This document shows positions 1 to 10,800 of a DNA stretch of 64,000 nucleotides, piece by piece. Below the pieces are notes generated by a model. The model was not told where the DNA came from. It saw only the letters and a list, made by a program, of their open reading frames with translations, and did no database searches. Location: IMG/VR virus record IMGVR_UViG_3300006793_000017, positions 1 to 64,000 of that record; one strand, written 5' to 3'. How positions within the stretch are numbered: the stretch's first letter is position 1; each line of letters begins with the position of its first letter. The stretch comes from a virus. The position numbers and the translations under genes are program-made.

Positions 1-1
1 A

Positions 2-334
2 TTTACAGGATTAGCAGATGCGGCTAATATTGTTTCAGGAACTACTACTACAAACTCCGTATACGGAACTGATTTTAGTTGTAGAATGAACTTATTAGCA
101 GAAACGGTAACAGTAGTTCAATTCTTATCGCAAGGAATTGGATATCAACAAGGCGACCAGATCGTAATTCCAGGAACTAGACTTCCGGGTGGTTCTAGTC
201 CAGCCAACGATATCACTTTAACAGTAGGCGCACAGGCCAATGATGGCTACGCAGTAGCAACTGGTGGTGGTGCTGAAATTAGTGAATCACTAATGGAAGA
301 TTTAGGTGACGTATATAGCCTTATCCTCGGTTAA
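2..334 (+). CDS. 3' end of a virion structural/tail fibre protein (5'-truncated)
   Basis: The frame is open from position 2 (FTGLADAANIVSG...) through the called ORF 86..334. It is Gly/Thr-rich and ends in YSLILG*, like the next gene (YALMLG*). Confidence 0.75.
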   Translation, partial: FTGLADAANIVSGTTTTNSVYGTDFSCRMNLLAETVTVVQFLSQGIGYQQGDQIVIPGTRLPGGSSPANDITLTVGAQANDGYAVATGGGAEISESLMEDLGDVYSLILG

Positions 335-348
335 TTAAGACAATTTGC

Positions 349-354
349 TAAATA
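349..354 (+). promoter_or_regulatory. T4-like late promoter core TAAATA
   Basis: Intergenic TAAATA; the same motif precedes about 20 genes in the window and resembles T4 TATAAATA. Confidence 0.65.
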
Positions 355-359
355 CTACT

Positions 360-451
360 GTTAATGCCGACCAAGCATTAATCTTTTACTGTGGTTAGCC
401 CGCAATGTAAGGTGGCTAGAGGGACAGGATCCCCGTGAAAAGGAGAGCGTA
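360..451 (+). promoter_or_regulatory. candidate structured 5' leader (hairpin plus 3-way junction overlapping the SD)
   Basis: Pairings read from sequence: GTTAATGC/GCATTAAT, TTAGCC/GGCTAG, GGGA/TCCC and CTTTTAC/GTGAAAAG. The region is GC-richer than other intergenic DNA. Confidence 0.45.
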
Positions 452-1504
452 ATGGCAATTGGTCGTATTTCGGGTCCGCTCTTAAAGGCAAATCTCGTTA
501 GAAACGGGGTTGATTTAGCTTTTGAGAACGACTTACTTTACATAGACGTAAACAATGCTCGTTTAGGAGTAAACAACTCTTCTCCCACCACGGATATCGA
601 TGTTGTAGGTACAACAAGATCAACAACACTCACAGTAGACAATCAACTAGATGTAGGAAATTTAAGCATTACTGGTAACACTATTTCCAGTACGCTTGAT
701 ACCATTTCATTTGCACCTTCAGGTTCAGATCCAGTAATTTATAATTCTAAGTTACAAGTAGATGATTTGCAACTTACAGGTAACACAATTTCAACAACAG
801 TTTCTAACACTAATTTAGAACTTCGTCCTAACGGCGCAGGTACATTAGAAGTTATAGGTAACACAAATATTACTGGTGACTTGTATGTTACTGGTAACAT
901 TAATACAGGCGGTGATATCACTATTGGTGGTAACATTGTTATTGGTGACGCAGATACAGACACTATCGAATTTAATGCTGCGATTGCAAGTGATCTTATT
1001 CCAGAAACTGACAACACATATACGTTAGGTAACGCTACAACAAGATGGAAAGAAATCCATGTTGCTGATTTATATACAACAACATTGAATCTTCCAACAC
1101 TTGACATTGGCGACTTAACATTTAGAGATAGCACAATTACAGCAGCGTCTGGTACTGACTTTACTATTGAAGGTAATGGAACTGGTGGTGCTAGATTAGG
1201 TAACTTTAGATTTTCAGGAAATACAATTACTAACGTACAACCAGGTGGCATTACACAGATTGTACAAAGCGGAACAGGTTATTTTAAAATTGATACTAAC
1301 AACGGTTTTGTTCCACCAAGAGGTAATGACGCACAACGTCCAACTTCATATGCAGTTGCAGGCATGACAAGATATAACACAGATGCAAAAGCAATTGAAA
1401 TTTGGACAGGTACTGCATGGGCAAGTCCAGCAGGTGCATCAGGAGCGGTATCAGAAATTCAAGCAAACACAATTGCATCATCGTATGCATTAATGTTAGG
1501 ATAG
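452..1504 (+). CDS. virion structural / tail fibre-like protein
   Basis: 350 aa with SD AGGAG and repeated 'I.GNTI.T...N.NL.L.P.G.G' beta repeats. The C-terminal 'P.GNDAQRP...GMTRYNTD...EIW.G..W' module is typical of phage fibres. Confidence 0.75.
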   Translation: MAIGRISGPLLKANLVRNGVDLAFENDLLYIDVNNARLGVNNSSPTTDIDVVGTTRSTTLTVDNQLDVGNLSITGNTISSTLDTISFAPSGSDPVIYNSKLQVDDLQLTGNTISTTVSNTNLELRPNGAGTLEVIGNTNITGDLYVTGNINTGGDITIGGNIVIGDADTDTIEFNAAIASDLIPETDNTYTLGNATTRWKEIHVADLYTTTLNLPTLDIGDLTFRDSTITAASGTDFTIEGNGTGGARLGNFRFSGNTITNVQPGGITQIVQSGTGYFKIDTNNGFVPPRGNDAQRPTSYAVAGMTRYNTDAKAIEIWTGTAWASPAGASGAVSEIQANTIASSYALMLG

Positions 1505-1515
1505 AGGAAGATAGT

Positions 1516-1848
1516 ATGCCAACAGTATTTAAACAGAGCGTAGTAACAGACATTGGAACAACACCTACTGACGTATTACAGATTCAAGAAGGTGTTAAAG
1601 CAACCGTAGTAGGTTGTAACCTTGCAAACAATTCGGATTACGATACAGTTGTTGTTGACGTACAAGTAGTTGACGAAAATTCAACAGTTGGTAACTATGC
1701 TAGATCAGTACCGATACCTCCGGGTTCGAGTGCTAAAGTAATTACGCAAGGTGAAAGATTAATTTTGCCAGCAACGGCTGGTTTAAGAATAACAAGTGAT
1801 ACGGAATCAAGTGTTGATGCAACAGTTAGTTTCGTAGAGATATCATAG
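1516..1848 (+). CDS. small virion protein (putative fibre adaptor), paralog of 15747..16067
   Basis: The start is moved from 1402 to the ATG at 1516 (SD GAGGA). The 110-aa beta-rich sequence is similar in pattern to 15747..16067. Confidence 0.7.
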   Translation: MPTVFKQSVVTDIGTTPTDVLQIQEGVKATVVGCNLANNSDYDTVVVDVQVVDENSTVGNYARSVPIPPGSSAKVITQGERLILPATAGLRITSDTESSVDATVSFVEIS

Positions 1849-1861
1849 GGAGGAATAGAGT

Positions 1862-2227
1862 ATGCCAAATCCATATTATTTCGGACAAAGCCCAGATGAA
1901 TCACTAGGTGATAGCCCTAGATATTTTTATGCAATAAGAAGAAATGAGGATGGTGAATTATATCTTCTAAGAAGTGATCAATTGAAAGATAAAGATTCAA
2001 TTGATATTAACTTACCTGGTCCACCAGATGAGACTTTTGAGGACTTGGAGCCAGGTGTTGACTTTTTTGACGGTATTAATGTTAACCATATTAAAGACAA
2101 AGAGAATATGTATTGGACTCAATATAAATGGGACCAAAGAAGCATATTATATTACGTAGACGATGAAGGTATGTTAGTTCAGCGAATTAACCAGAACTAT
2201 GCTTATCCGTCAGGAACATCAAGTTAG
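1862..2227 (+). CDS. hypothetical virion-associated protein
   Basis: 121 aa, strong SD GGAGG, within the structural operon. Confidence 0.7.
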   Translation: MPNPYYFGQSPDESLGDSPRYFYAIRRNEDGELYLLRSDQLKDKDSIDINLPGPPDETFEDLEPGVDFFDGINVNHIKDKENMYWTQYKWDQRSILYYVDDEGMLVQRINQNYAYPSGTSS

Positions 2228-2237
2228 GGGTAGATAA

Positions 2238-5200
2238 ATGGCAGAGTTTAAGATAAGTCGAATTAGATATACTTGGAAAGGACCATGGACAACTTCAACT
2301 GCATACATCATTGATGATGTTGTACAGTATGGAGGTAGTGTATATATTGCACTTAGAGGACACACATCTGCAGACTTTAAAGCAGATATAGATTACGTTC
2401 CACCAGGTGATACAATCGGACAACCAGCATGGTTGAAAATGTCTGATGGTAGAGAATTTAAAGGTGCATGGACACCATCAACGACTTATTATAACGGAGA
2501 CATTGTAGATAACGGTGGTACTCTTTTCATCAACACAACAGGACACACATCAACAGCAGACTTTAATGCTGACATTGCTAATTGGGCAGTGTTTGTACCT
2601 GGTGCAGACTGGGGGAGCGACTGGACTGTAGCAACTACATATGGTGTAGGAGATGTTGTTAACTACGGCGGTATTGTTTATAAATGTGTTACTGCGCATA
2701 CTTCAGCAGCAACAGCAGCATTAGGTTTAGAAGACGACCAATTTAAGTGGGCAACTTACTACTATGGTAAAACTTACAAAGGTGAATTTGCTAGTGATAC
2801 TAGATATAAAGCACAAGACCTTGTTAAGTATGGTGGATCACTTTTAAGAGTTTTAACAGGACACACATCAACAACTAATTTAGCAGCATCAAACTTTATT
2901 TTAGAAGCACCAGGTGCTAAAATTAGAGGAACATGGACAGGTGCTGAATATTATGGCATTGGTGATGTTGTACAACACGGTGGTTATGTTTATCAATCAC
3001 TTACAAATAACTATGCACGTACTCCTGGAGATTCAATCTATCAACCAACAGAAGTTGATTGGGCAGTAATTTCAAAAGGTGTAAATCTTGCAGGTACATG
3101 GGCTACTGGAACACAATATAAAACAGGTGATGTTGTTGAAAGAGGTGGATCAATTTATGTTGCTACACTAGATTCAACAGATGACGGAAGTTCATTAGAC
3201 TATCTTGATGCAGGTAACTGGGATCTTATTATTCAAGGTCAAGCATGGAAAAATGCTTGGACTATTTCAACAGTTTACGCAGTAGGAGATGTAGTTACTT
3301 ACAGAGGTAGCGCATATAAAGCAAACGTAGAACATACAGCAGGTTCTGAAAACTTCCCAGGAGATAACGGTAGTGGATTTGAATATTGGGATCTTTTATT
3401 AGCTGGTGCAGAAAATGTTGGACTTGTTAATCCAGGTGATTTATTAACATTTGGTTTAAGCAGAACTATTGCTGGTGACGGATCTACATTAGGTGCTACA
3501 AATGTTCCAATTGATACAGCAGAAAAACTTTTACAAGTTGGACCAGATGATACAATTGAATACGACAACTGGGGAAGAAGTGCAAGATTTTTCCATGTTG
3601 ATCCGATAATTGGTGTTGACGATAGATCAAATCCTAACGCAGGTATTGATCCTTTCAAACCAGTTAAAACAATTAGATTTGCAGCAGAACTTGCTGACGA
3701 TGGCTGGACAGGAACAAACACAATTCAATTAACAACTGGAGTATACGAAGAAATACTTCCAATTAGTTTACCTGCTAGAACAGTTGTACTTGGTGACGAA
3801 ATTAGATCTTCTAAAATTAAACCAAGACAAGCAATTGCTTCTATGGCAAGTGATGCTGTATATAGAAATGCTGTAGCAGTTCATTTACAAGGTGTTATTA
3901 GAAATATTTTAACAGGTACAAACTTTACAAAGCAATCAGGAAATGATGCTGAAGTTACAGTAATTACAGATGCTATTCCAACAGGAACATTTAATCCAGG
4001 ACCACCAACAGGAGACGGATTAGAAATTATTGACTATGTTCAAGTTACATCTGACTCAGTTGCAGCGAACTTAGTTGACAACGGATTATCTGCTTACATA
4101 CAGTACATTAACTTCCACGTACAAAGCACAGGAACTGATCCTGTTGTTACTGGTACTAATGAAATTACAGATCAAACAAACAGATTAAATGCTGCAAGAA
4201 TGATCGAAACAAACAAAGACTTCTTAATGAAAGAAGCAACAGCATATCTTGACAACACATTTAGTGATTACGTATATGACAGTGCAATTTATAACGATGA
4301 CATGCACAGAATTTGTAATGCACTTGCATATGATTTAAGATATGAAGGAAACTATAGAATTTTAAGAGAAGGTAAGTTTTACAAAAGCATGGTACAAGGT
4401 AGTCAACTATCAGACATGTTCTATGTAAGAGATGCTTGTGGTGTTAGACAGTGTACACTAGATGGTTTAACAGGTACACTTAATCCGCCAAACGTTTTTG
4501 AACAATATCAAAGACCAACTGGACCTAATTATATTTCACTTGATCCAGGTTGGGGTACAGCAGATAGCAAAGTTTGGATTACAACACGTTCTCCATATAT
4601 TCAAGGTGTATCTACATTTGGTAACAATTGTACAGGACAAAAAATTGATGGCGCATTACACGCAGGTGGTAACAAATCAATTGTGTCCAACGACTTTACA
4701 CAGGTAATTAGTGATGGTATAGGCGCTCACGTTCTTAACAATGGTAGAGCAGAACTTGTATCAGTGTTTACGTACTATGCACAGGTAGGATATCTAGCAG
4801 AAAACGGTGGAGTAATACGTGCTACAAACGGTAACTGTTCATATGGTTACATTGGTGCATTAGCAGATGGTACTGATCCTTCAGAAACACCAATTACTGC
4901 TACACTTAATAACAGATTAGAAGAAGCACAGATTGTATCAGCATTTGCTGGAGAAGTAAATGACGAAATTCTTGCACTAGAGTTTAGAACTTGCGGTCAA
5001 AACTATACAAATGCAGAATATACATTTGTTGGTTCAGGTACAAACGCAGCAGTTATACAAGAAGATTATAGAGATGACTCTATGTTTGAAGCAAGAATTG
5101 TTACAGGTGAAGCATCTTCCGCAGCAGGTGGAGGTGGATTTACGCTTATTGGTAACAATGCTCAGACTGGTGACGATTTAACAGTTACAATTGCTACTAA

Positions 5201-7826
5201 CGATGATAACGAAGAAGCAAACTTATTAGGTTTAAGAATTATTTTAACATCAGGTCCAGGTACAGGACAGTACGGTTATGTACATGCATACAACAGTACT
5301 TCAAAAGTTGTAACAGTTTACAAAGAATCTGATAGCACACCAGGTTGGGATCATGTAGTTCCAGGTACACCAATCTTAACACAGTTGTTAACAGGTACAA
5401 CTTATAGATTTGAGCCTAGAGTTATATTTGATCAACCACCATTTAGTCATGCAGTATCTACTCTTGACGCAGGTACAACATGGGGTGGAGTTACTTACGG
5501 TGAAACATCAGGAGTGTTTACATCTATTTCAGCAACAGGTACAGGAACAGGTACTACAATTGGTGTTCCAGCAGCAAATCCAACATTTGATATTACTAAA
5601 CTTGGTAAAGACTATACAATTACACTAAGGAATGGTGGTGCTGGTTATGCAGTAGGTGATACTCTTACAATTTTAGGTACTAGTTTAGGTGCTGGCGACG
5701 ATAACAACATTACTATTACAGTACACAGTGTAACTGACGATAGTACAAACAGTATTGTTACATTTGAACACTCAGGATTTGCAGAAAGCGGTAGATTTGT
5801 TGCTGTTGCAAGTACAGGTACTACTGTTAACTATTCATTAAATGGTACATCGTGGTCAACTACAAACTTACCATCCTCAGGTGTATGGAATTCAATAGCA
5901 GCAGGTAACGGAAGATTTGTTGCAATTAAAGATTCATCAGATGTAGGTGCTTACAGTTTAAATGGTAACACATGGACACCATTTACATTACCAGCATCAA
6001 CTAACTGGGCAGATGTTGCATTTGGTAATCCAGTATATGACGAAGTACAAGCAAACTTATTTGTTGCAGTTTCAACATCAGGAAACAATGCTGCATTATC
6101 CACTAACGGTGGAGCAACTTGGTCAGCAATTAACTTTCCAGCAGCAGGTGACTCAACAATAAACCAGTGGACAAGTGTTACTTACGGTAAAGGACAGTTT
6201 GTTGCAATTGCACAAAGTAATAACCTAGCAGCAGTAGGTACATGGAACGGTTCAACTATTAGTTGGACTACTTACATTATGGATGTTATTGCAGACAGTT
6301 CGCAAAGAGACTGGAAACGTGTTGCTTATGGTAACAACAGATATGTTGCAATAGCAGACACAGGCGAAATTGGTTATTCATTCGATGGACAAACTTGGTA
6401 TCCTGCAACAACACCATTGTTAGACGGCTCAACATTATTACAATGGAATGATTTAAAGTATGGTCAAGGTGTGTTTATGGCACTTTACGATACAGCAGGT
6501 AGAGCAATTGCAGGCGATGCAACAACAGGACCTGTACAATACATTTACACATCAGAAGATGGAATACATTGGCAAGAAAGAGACCTAGAAGGAACAGGTA
6601 ACTGGAACAGATGTGCGTTTGGTAATCCAGATGCAGATCCTACAGACGGTGTTGATAACAGAAAAGGTAGATGGGTAATACTTGATAGAGATGTTAAATT
6701 TGCTCACAAGGTTGTTTACACAGGTAAACAAATTAAAGGTAGAGCAGATGTAGCTGCTGGTTCAATCGGAGTTGTAAAACTTTGGGATCCAGGTTCAGGT
6801 TATGATCCTGTTAATACTCCTGTTGGTTACACAGTTATTGATCCTAACAACACAGGTGAACTTGAACTTGATATGACAAGATTTGCAGACGGCGTATTAG
6901 CACAACCAAGTTGGACTAATAGAGGTAATGCATATAAAACAAGTACAACTACTGTAACAGTTACAGGTGATGGTTTTGCAGATATTATTCCAGTAGGTAA
7001 GTTTGTAACAGTTTCCGGAATGCCAGTTGTTATTGGCCCAGGTGCACAGTTAAGACTTAATGGTAACCCAGAACTTTACACTGTTGTTGTTATTGAACAA
7101 GAAAGTGTTGATACTGGTGGAACATTTACACTAAGATTTAGAGTAAGTCCTGAACTTAAAATTGAGGACGATCCTACAACAAATCACGGTAATGGTGTAA
7201 CAATTAATACAAGATATTCACAATGTAGAATTTCAAACCACGACTTCCTGGATATTGGTACAGGTAACTTTACACAAACCAATTATCCAGCATTGTACGC
7301 ACAGAATTATATTTCTTATCCAGAAAATGAAGTGCAAGAAATAAACGGTGGTAGGGTGTTCTACTCAAGTACAGACCAATCAGGTAACTTTAGGGTTGGT
7401 GAATTGTTTGCTGTTGAACAGGCTACTGGTATTGTTACTATTAGTGCTGACTTCTTCGACTTAGCAGGTCTTACAGAACTTGCACTAGGTGGTATTAGAG
7501 TTGGTGGTACTGGTACAATTATTAGAGAGTTCTCAACAGATCCTCTGTTTATTGCGGATTCAAATAATATTATCCCTACACAGAGAGCAATCAAAGCGTA
7601 CTTAACAAACAGACTTAACGTTGGTGGAGCGGACTTGCTAACAGCGAGCTTTATTGCAGGTACAGTTAAGATTGGTCCTGACGAAATTGGTAATACAGCA
7701 GGACAAGCAGTGAACGTCCCAGTGATGTTCGAATTACAAGGCCCGAAAGCGGGAATTGGTGGAAGTTATCTAGCCCAGGCTTTATTTTATCGAAGCTTTG
7801 AGCATAGAGGTATTAGGACTGACTAA
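2238..7826 (+). CDS. giant virion structural/tail protein (CBM5/12-like W repeats, beta-propeller region)
   Basis: 1862 aa. N-terminal repeats W...T.Y..GD.V.Y.G..Y.C...H.S, propeller-like 'W..VAYG.G.FVA' repeats, and a C-terminal HDFLDIGTGNF domain shared with 7895..15721. Confidence 0.8.
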   Translation: MAEFKISRIRYTWKGPWTTSTAYIIDDVVQYGGSVYIALRGHTSADFKADIDYVPPGDTIGQPAWLKMSDGREFKGAWTPSTTYYNGDIVDNGGTLFINTTGHTSTADFNADIANWAVFVPGADWGSDWTVATTYGVGDVVNYGGIVYKCVTAHTSAATAALGLEDDQFKWATYYYGKTYKGEFASDTRYKAQDLVKYGGSLLRVLTGHTSTTNLAASNFILEAPGAKIRGTWTGAEYYGIGDVVQHGGYVYQSLTNNYARTPGDSIYQPTEVDWAVISKGVNLAGTWATGTQYKTGDVVERGGSIYVATLDSTDDGSSLDYLDAGNWDLIIQGQAWKNAWTISTVYAVGDVVTYRGSAYKANVEHTAGSENFPGDNGSGFEYWDLLLAGAENVGLVNPGDLLTFGLSRTIAGDGSTLGATNVPIDTAEKLLQVGPDDTIEYDNWGRSARFFHVDPIIGVDDRSNPNAGIDPFKPVKTIRFAAELADDGWTGTNTIQLTTGVYEEILPISLPARTVVLGDEIRSSKIKPRQAIASMASDAVYRNAVAVHLQGVIRNILTGTNFTKQSGNDAEVTVITDAIPTGTFNPGPPTGDGLEIIDYVQVTSDSVAANLVDNGLSAYIQYINFHVQSTGTDPVVTGTNEITDQTNRLNAARMIETNKDFLMKEATAYLDNTFSDYVYDSAIYNDDMHRICNALAYDLRYEGNYRILREGKFYKSMVQGSQLSDMFYVRDACGVRQCTLDGLTGTLNPPNVFEQYQRPTGPNYISLDPGWGTADSKVWITTRSPYIQGVSTFGNNCTGQKIDGALHAGGNKSIVSNDFTQVISDGIGAHVLNNGRAELVSVFTYYAQVGYLAENGGVIRATNGNCSYGYIGALADGTDPSETPITATLNNRLEEAQIVSAFAGEVNDEILALEFRTCGQNYTNAEYTFVGSGTNAAVIQEDYRDDSMFEARIVTGEASSAAGGGGFTLIGNNAQTGDDLTVTIATNDDNEEANLLGLRIILTSGPGTGQYGYVHAYNSTSKVVTVYKESDSTPGWDHVVPGTPILTQLLTGTTYRFEPRVIFDQPPFSHAVSTLDAGTTWGGVTYGETSGVFTSISATGTGTGTTIGVPAANPTFDITKLGKDYTITLRNGGAGYAVGDTLTILGTSLGAGDDNNITITVHSVTDDSTNSIVTFEHSGFAESGRFVAVASTGTTVNYSLNGTSWSTTNLPSSGVWNSIAAGNGRFVAIKDSSDVGAYSLNGNTWTPFTLPASTNWADVAFGNPVYDEVQANLFVAVSTSGNNAALSTNGGATWSAINFPAAGDSTINQWTSVTYGKGQFVAIAQSNNLAAVGTWNGSTISWTTYIMDVIADSSQRDWKRVAYGNNRYVAIADTGEIGYSFDGQTWYPATTPLLDGSTLLQWNDLKYGQGVFMALYDTAGRAIAGDATTGPVQYIYTSEDGIHWQERDLEGTGNWNRCAFGNPDADPTDGVDNRKGRWVILDRDVKFAHKVVYTGKQIKGRADVAAGSIGVVKLWDPGSGYDPVNTPVGYTVIDPNNTGELELDMTRFADGVLAQPSWTNRGNAYKTSTTTVTVTGDGFADIIPVGKFVTVSGMPVVIGPGAQLRLNGNPELYTVVVIEQESVDTGGTFTLRFRVSPELKIEDDPTTNHGNGVTINTRYSQCRISNHDFLDIGTGNFTQTNYPALYAQNYISYPENEVQEINGGRVFYSSTDQSGNFRVGELFAVEQATGIVTISADFFDLAGLTELALGGIRVGGTGTIIREFSTDPLFIADSNNIIPTQRAIKAYLTNRLNVGGADLLTASFIAGTVKIGPDEIGNTAGQAVNVPVMFELQGPKAGIGGSYLAQALFYRSFEHRGIRTD

Positions 7827-7894
7827 CATGGCACTAATATTAGAAGATAACAAATTAATGGTAAATACAATGGAACACTACGGAGTAGATAAAC

Positions 7895-10800
7895 ATGGCA
7901 GAGTTTAAATTAGGTAGAATTAGATTTGTTTGGAAGGGCGATTGGTCCGCTCCAACAGTCTACTACAAAGATGATGTAGTAAGATATGGCGGTAAAACGT
8001 ATATCTGTACTACTGGACATACAAGCGATTCAGATTTTTATGTAGACTTGAACGTAAGTCCTTCAAGATGGAACCAAATGACAGATGGTCAGGACTGGAA
8101 GGGCGACTGGGCTACATCAACATATTACAAAACAAACGACTTAGTTAAGTACGGTGGACAGATTTATATTTGTTCTACTCCGCATACATCTGCCGCTACT
8201 GCTTCATTAGGTTTAGAAAACGACTTAGGAAAGTGGACTGCTTTTGCAGAAGGATTTGACTGGAAAAGCGATTGGAACGTTTCTATAAGATATAAAATTA
8301 ACGATTTAGTTAGATACGGTGCAACAACTTATGTTTGTAACGAAGGTCATACATCTGCTGCTACTGCCAGCGACGGATTAGAAAATGATCAATCTAAATG
8401 GGATATCTTTAATCAAGGACTAGAATACAAAGGTGCTTGGACAGGTAACACAAGATACAAATATAACGATATTGTTAAGCAAGGTGCTGGTACATATATT
8501 TGTACTACACAGCATACTTCAAATGCATCAGACTTTACAGCAGACTCATCAAACTGGTCACAGTTTATTGAAGGCTTTGAATATGAAAATGCTTGGAGTA
8601 ATTCAACAGTATACCAACCAGGTGATGTTGTATCATACGGTGGTAACCAATACGTAGCAAAAGTATATCACACAGGTTCAACTAATCCTTCAACTGATAC
8701 TACAAACTTTGCATTATTTGGTAAAGGTTTTGACTTCCAAAATAATTGGAGCAACGCAACAGATTATAAAGTTGGACAAGTTGTAGCAGTTAATGGTCAG
8801 TCATATGTTGCTACAGTTGATTCACCAAGCAACGACTTTACAATATCAGAATCAAGTAACACAACAAACAAATTTACAACAGCATCCACAACTGGAATGG
8901 CAGTTGGTATGTCAGTATACTTTAGCGGTGCTGTTTATGGTAACGTTAACGAAGGTGCAACATACTACATTAAAACAGTTGATGATGCAACAACATTTAC
9001 AATTTCAATTGCACATGGTGGAACGGTATTTACACCAGCATTAGGTACAGGTTCAATGACTGCAAGAGTTGCAGCTCATCCAATTGAACCTAACTACTGG
9101 AGCAAACTGTCAAGTGGTTTTTACTGGGCAGGTACATGGCAAGATGATTACGAATATGAAGTAGGCGATTGTGTTAAGTTCGGCGACAACGCATACGTTT
9201 GTATTAGCAAACATAGATCAGAAGGCGATGACGGATCAACAATTGGTGCAGCTGGTGGTGGAGCAGACAACAGTCGTCCAGACCAAGACACAACAGGTAC
9301 TTACTGGAACCAAATGATTACAGGTAGTGAAACTTCACTACTAACAACAAAAGGTGATTTGGTTTACTACGGTGGTGCTGGTGTTGCTAGACTTCCAATT
9401 GGTGTAGAAGGACAAGTTTTACAAGCTGGAGCAAATTATCCAGAATGGCGTTCAATGGGCGCAAACGATTATGTTTACTATGTGGCAACACACGGTAAAG
9501 ATGCTCCGTATCCAGTACATGGTGCAACTATTGATAAACCATTTAAAACAATTAGATATGCTTGTGAAGCAGTATTACACGGACCAAGACATCCAGAAGC
9601 AAGACACTTGCTTGAAATGAACAGAGCGTTTGTACAACGTGAAGTTACAGAATGGATTACATATCAAATTGCAAATGCTGCAAGTGGTAGCATTTGGGAA
9701 AACTTTGATTACGAAGATGATCGTTGTGAAAGAGACGTTGGACTAGTATTAGATGCTATGATCTATGACATGTGTCATGGTGGTAACAAGAGATCAAGAG
9801 GTGCTGCAAATGCATTTGTTGGAGCTCTTTACGAAGCACCTTACAACACAGGTCCATACTCAAACTTAGCAACAGAAGCAGCAAACTCAGCAGAAGCATA
9901 TGCATATATGTCAACATTGGTTGATCATGTATTAGCACAAACTGATCCAGCAGTAAATTATCAAACTACAAACGGTGATAATTCAACTGCTATTGTTTCA
10001 CAATTTAAAACATCAACATTGATTGCAGAAGCAAGTTCAAACACTGTACTTGCAGCAAACTTAAAAATCATTACTGATGCAATTGCAGCAGGTAATGCAG
10101 ATAACATTCCTGCAAGATATGTTCCACAGAACACTATTAAAATTAAAACAGGACAGTATAGAGAAATTGGACCAATTATTGTTCCAGAAAATACTGTTGT
10201 GCTTGGTGATGAAGTTAGATCTACAAACGTTGGACCTTCAGGACCAATTACAGATAAAACTGATGCACGTTATACAATGAATGCTTTAGGACACTTAGAG
10301 CCAATCATTGGTGATATTATTAAAGGTGCAAGTGTTACTAAAACAACAGGCAATGCTTACTCACAAGATATTGCTGTTCCTTTTGCTGACACAGTAGAAG
10401 AAACACACGTTGAGCGTTTAGTTAGAACAATGCAACAAAACATCGACTTTAGAGTTGGTGAATTTGAATTAAGAAACAGTGCTGATCCTACAGGATATAA
10501 CAGCTCATTCTTAAGCGGATACGGTGATGCAAGAGCTAGACTTAGAGAAAACAAACATTTCTTTAAAGAAGAATTAATTGCATTTATTGCTGCTAACTAC
10601 CCGAATGTAAAATACAGCAAAATGAAATGTCGTCAAGATGTAGGTTACATTGTTGACTCTATTTGTTATGACTTAACATACGGTGGTAAGAGCCAATCAA
10701 GAATTGCTGCTATGGCATACTATGATGGTGCAGCAGGTGCATTACAAATTGACAGCACAGAAACAGCAGCAACTATTGCAGCGTACAATAAATTAAAAGC

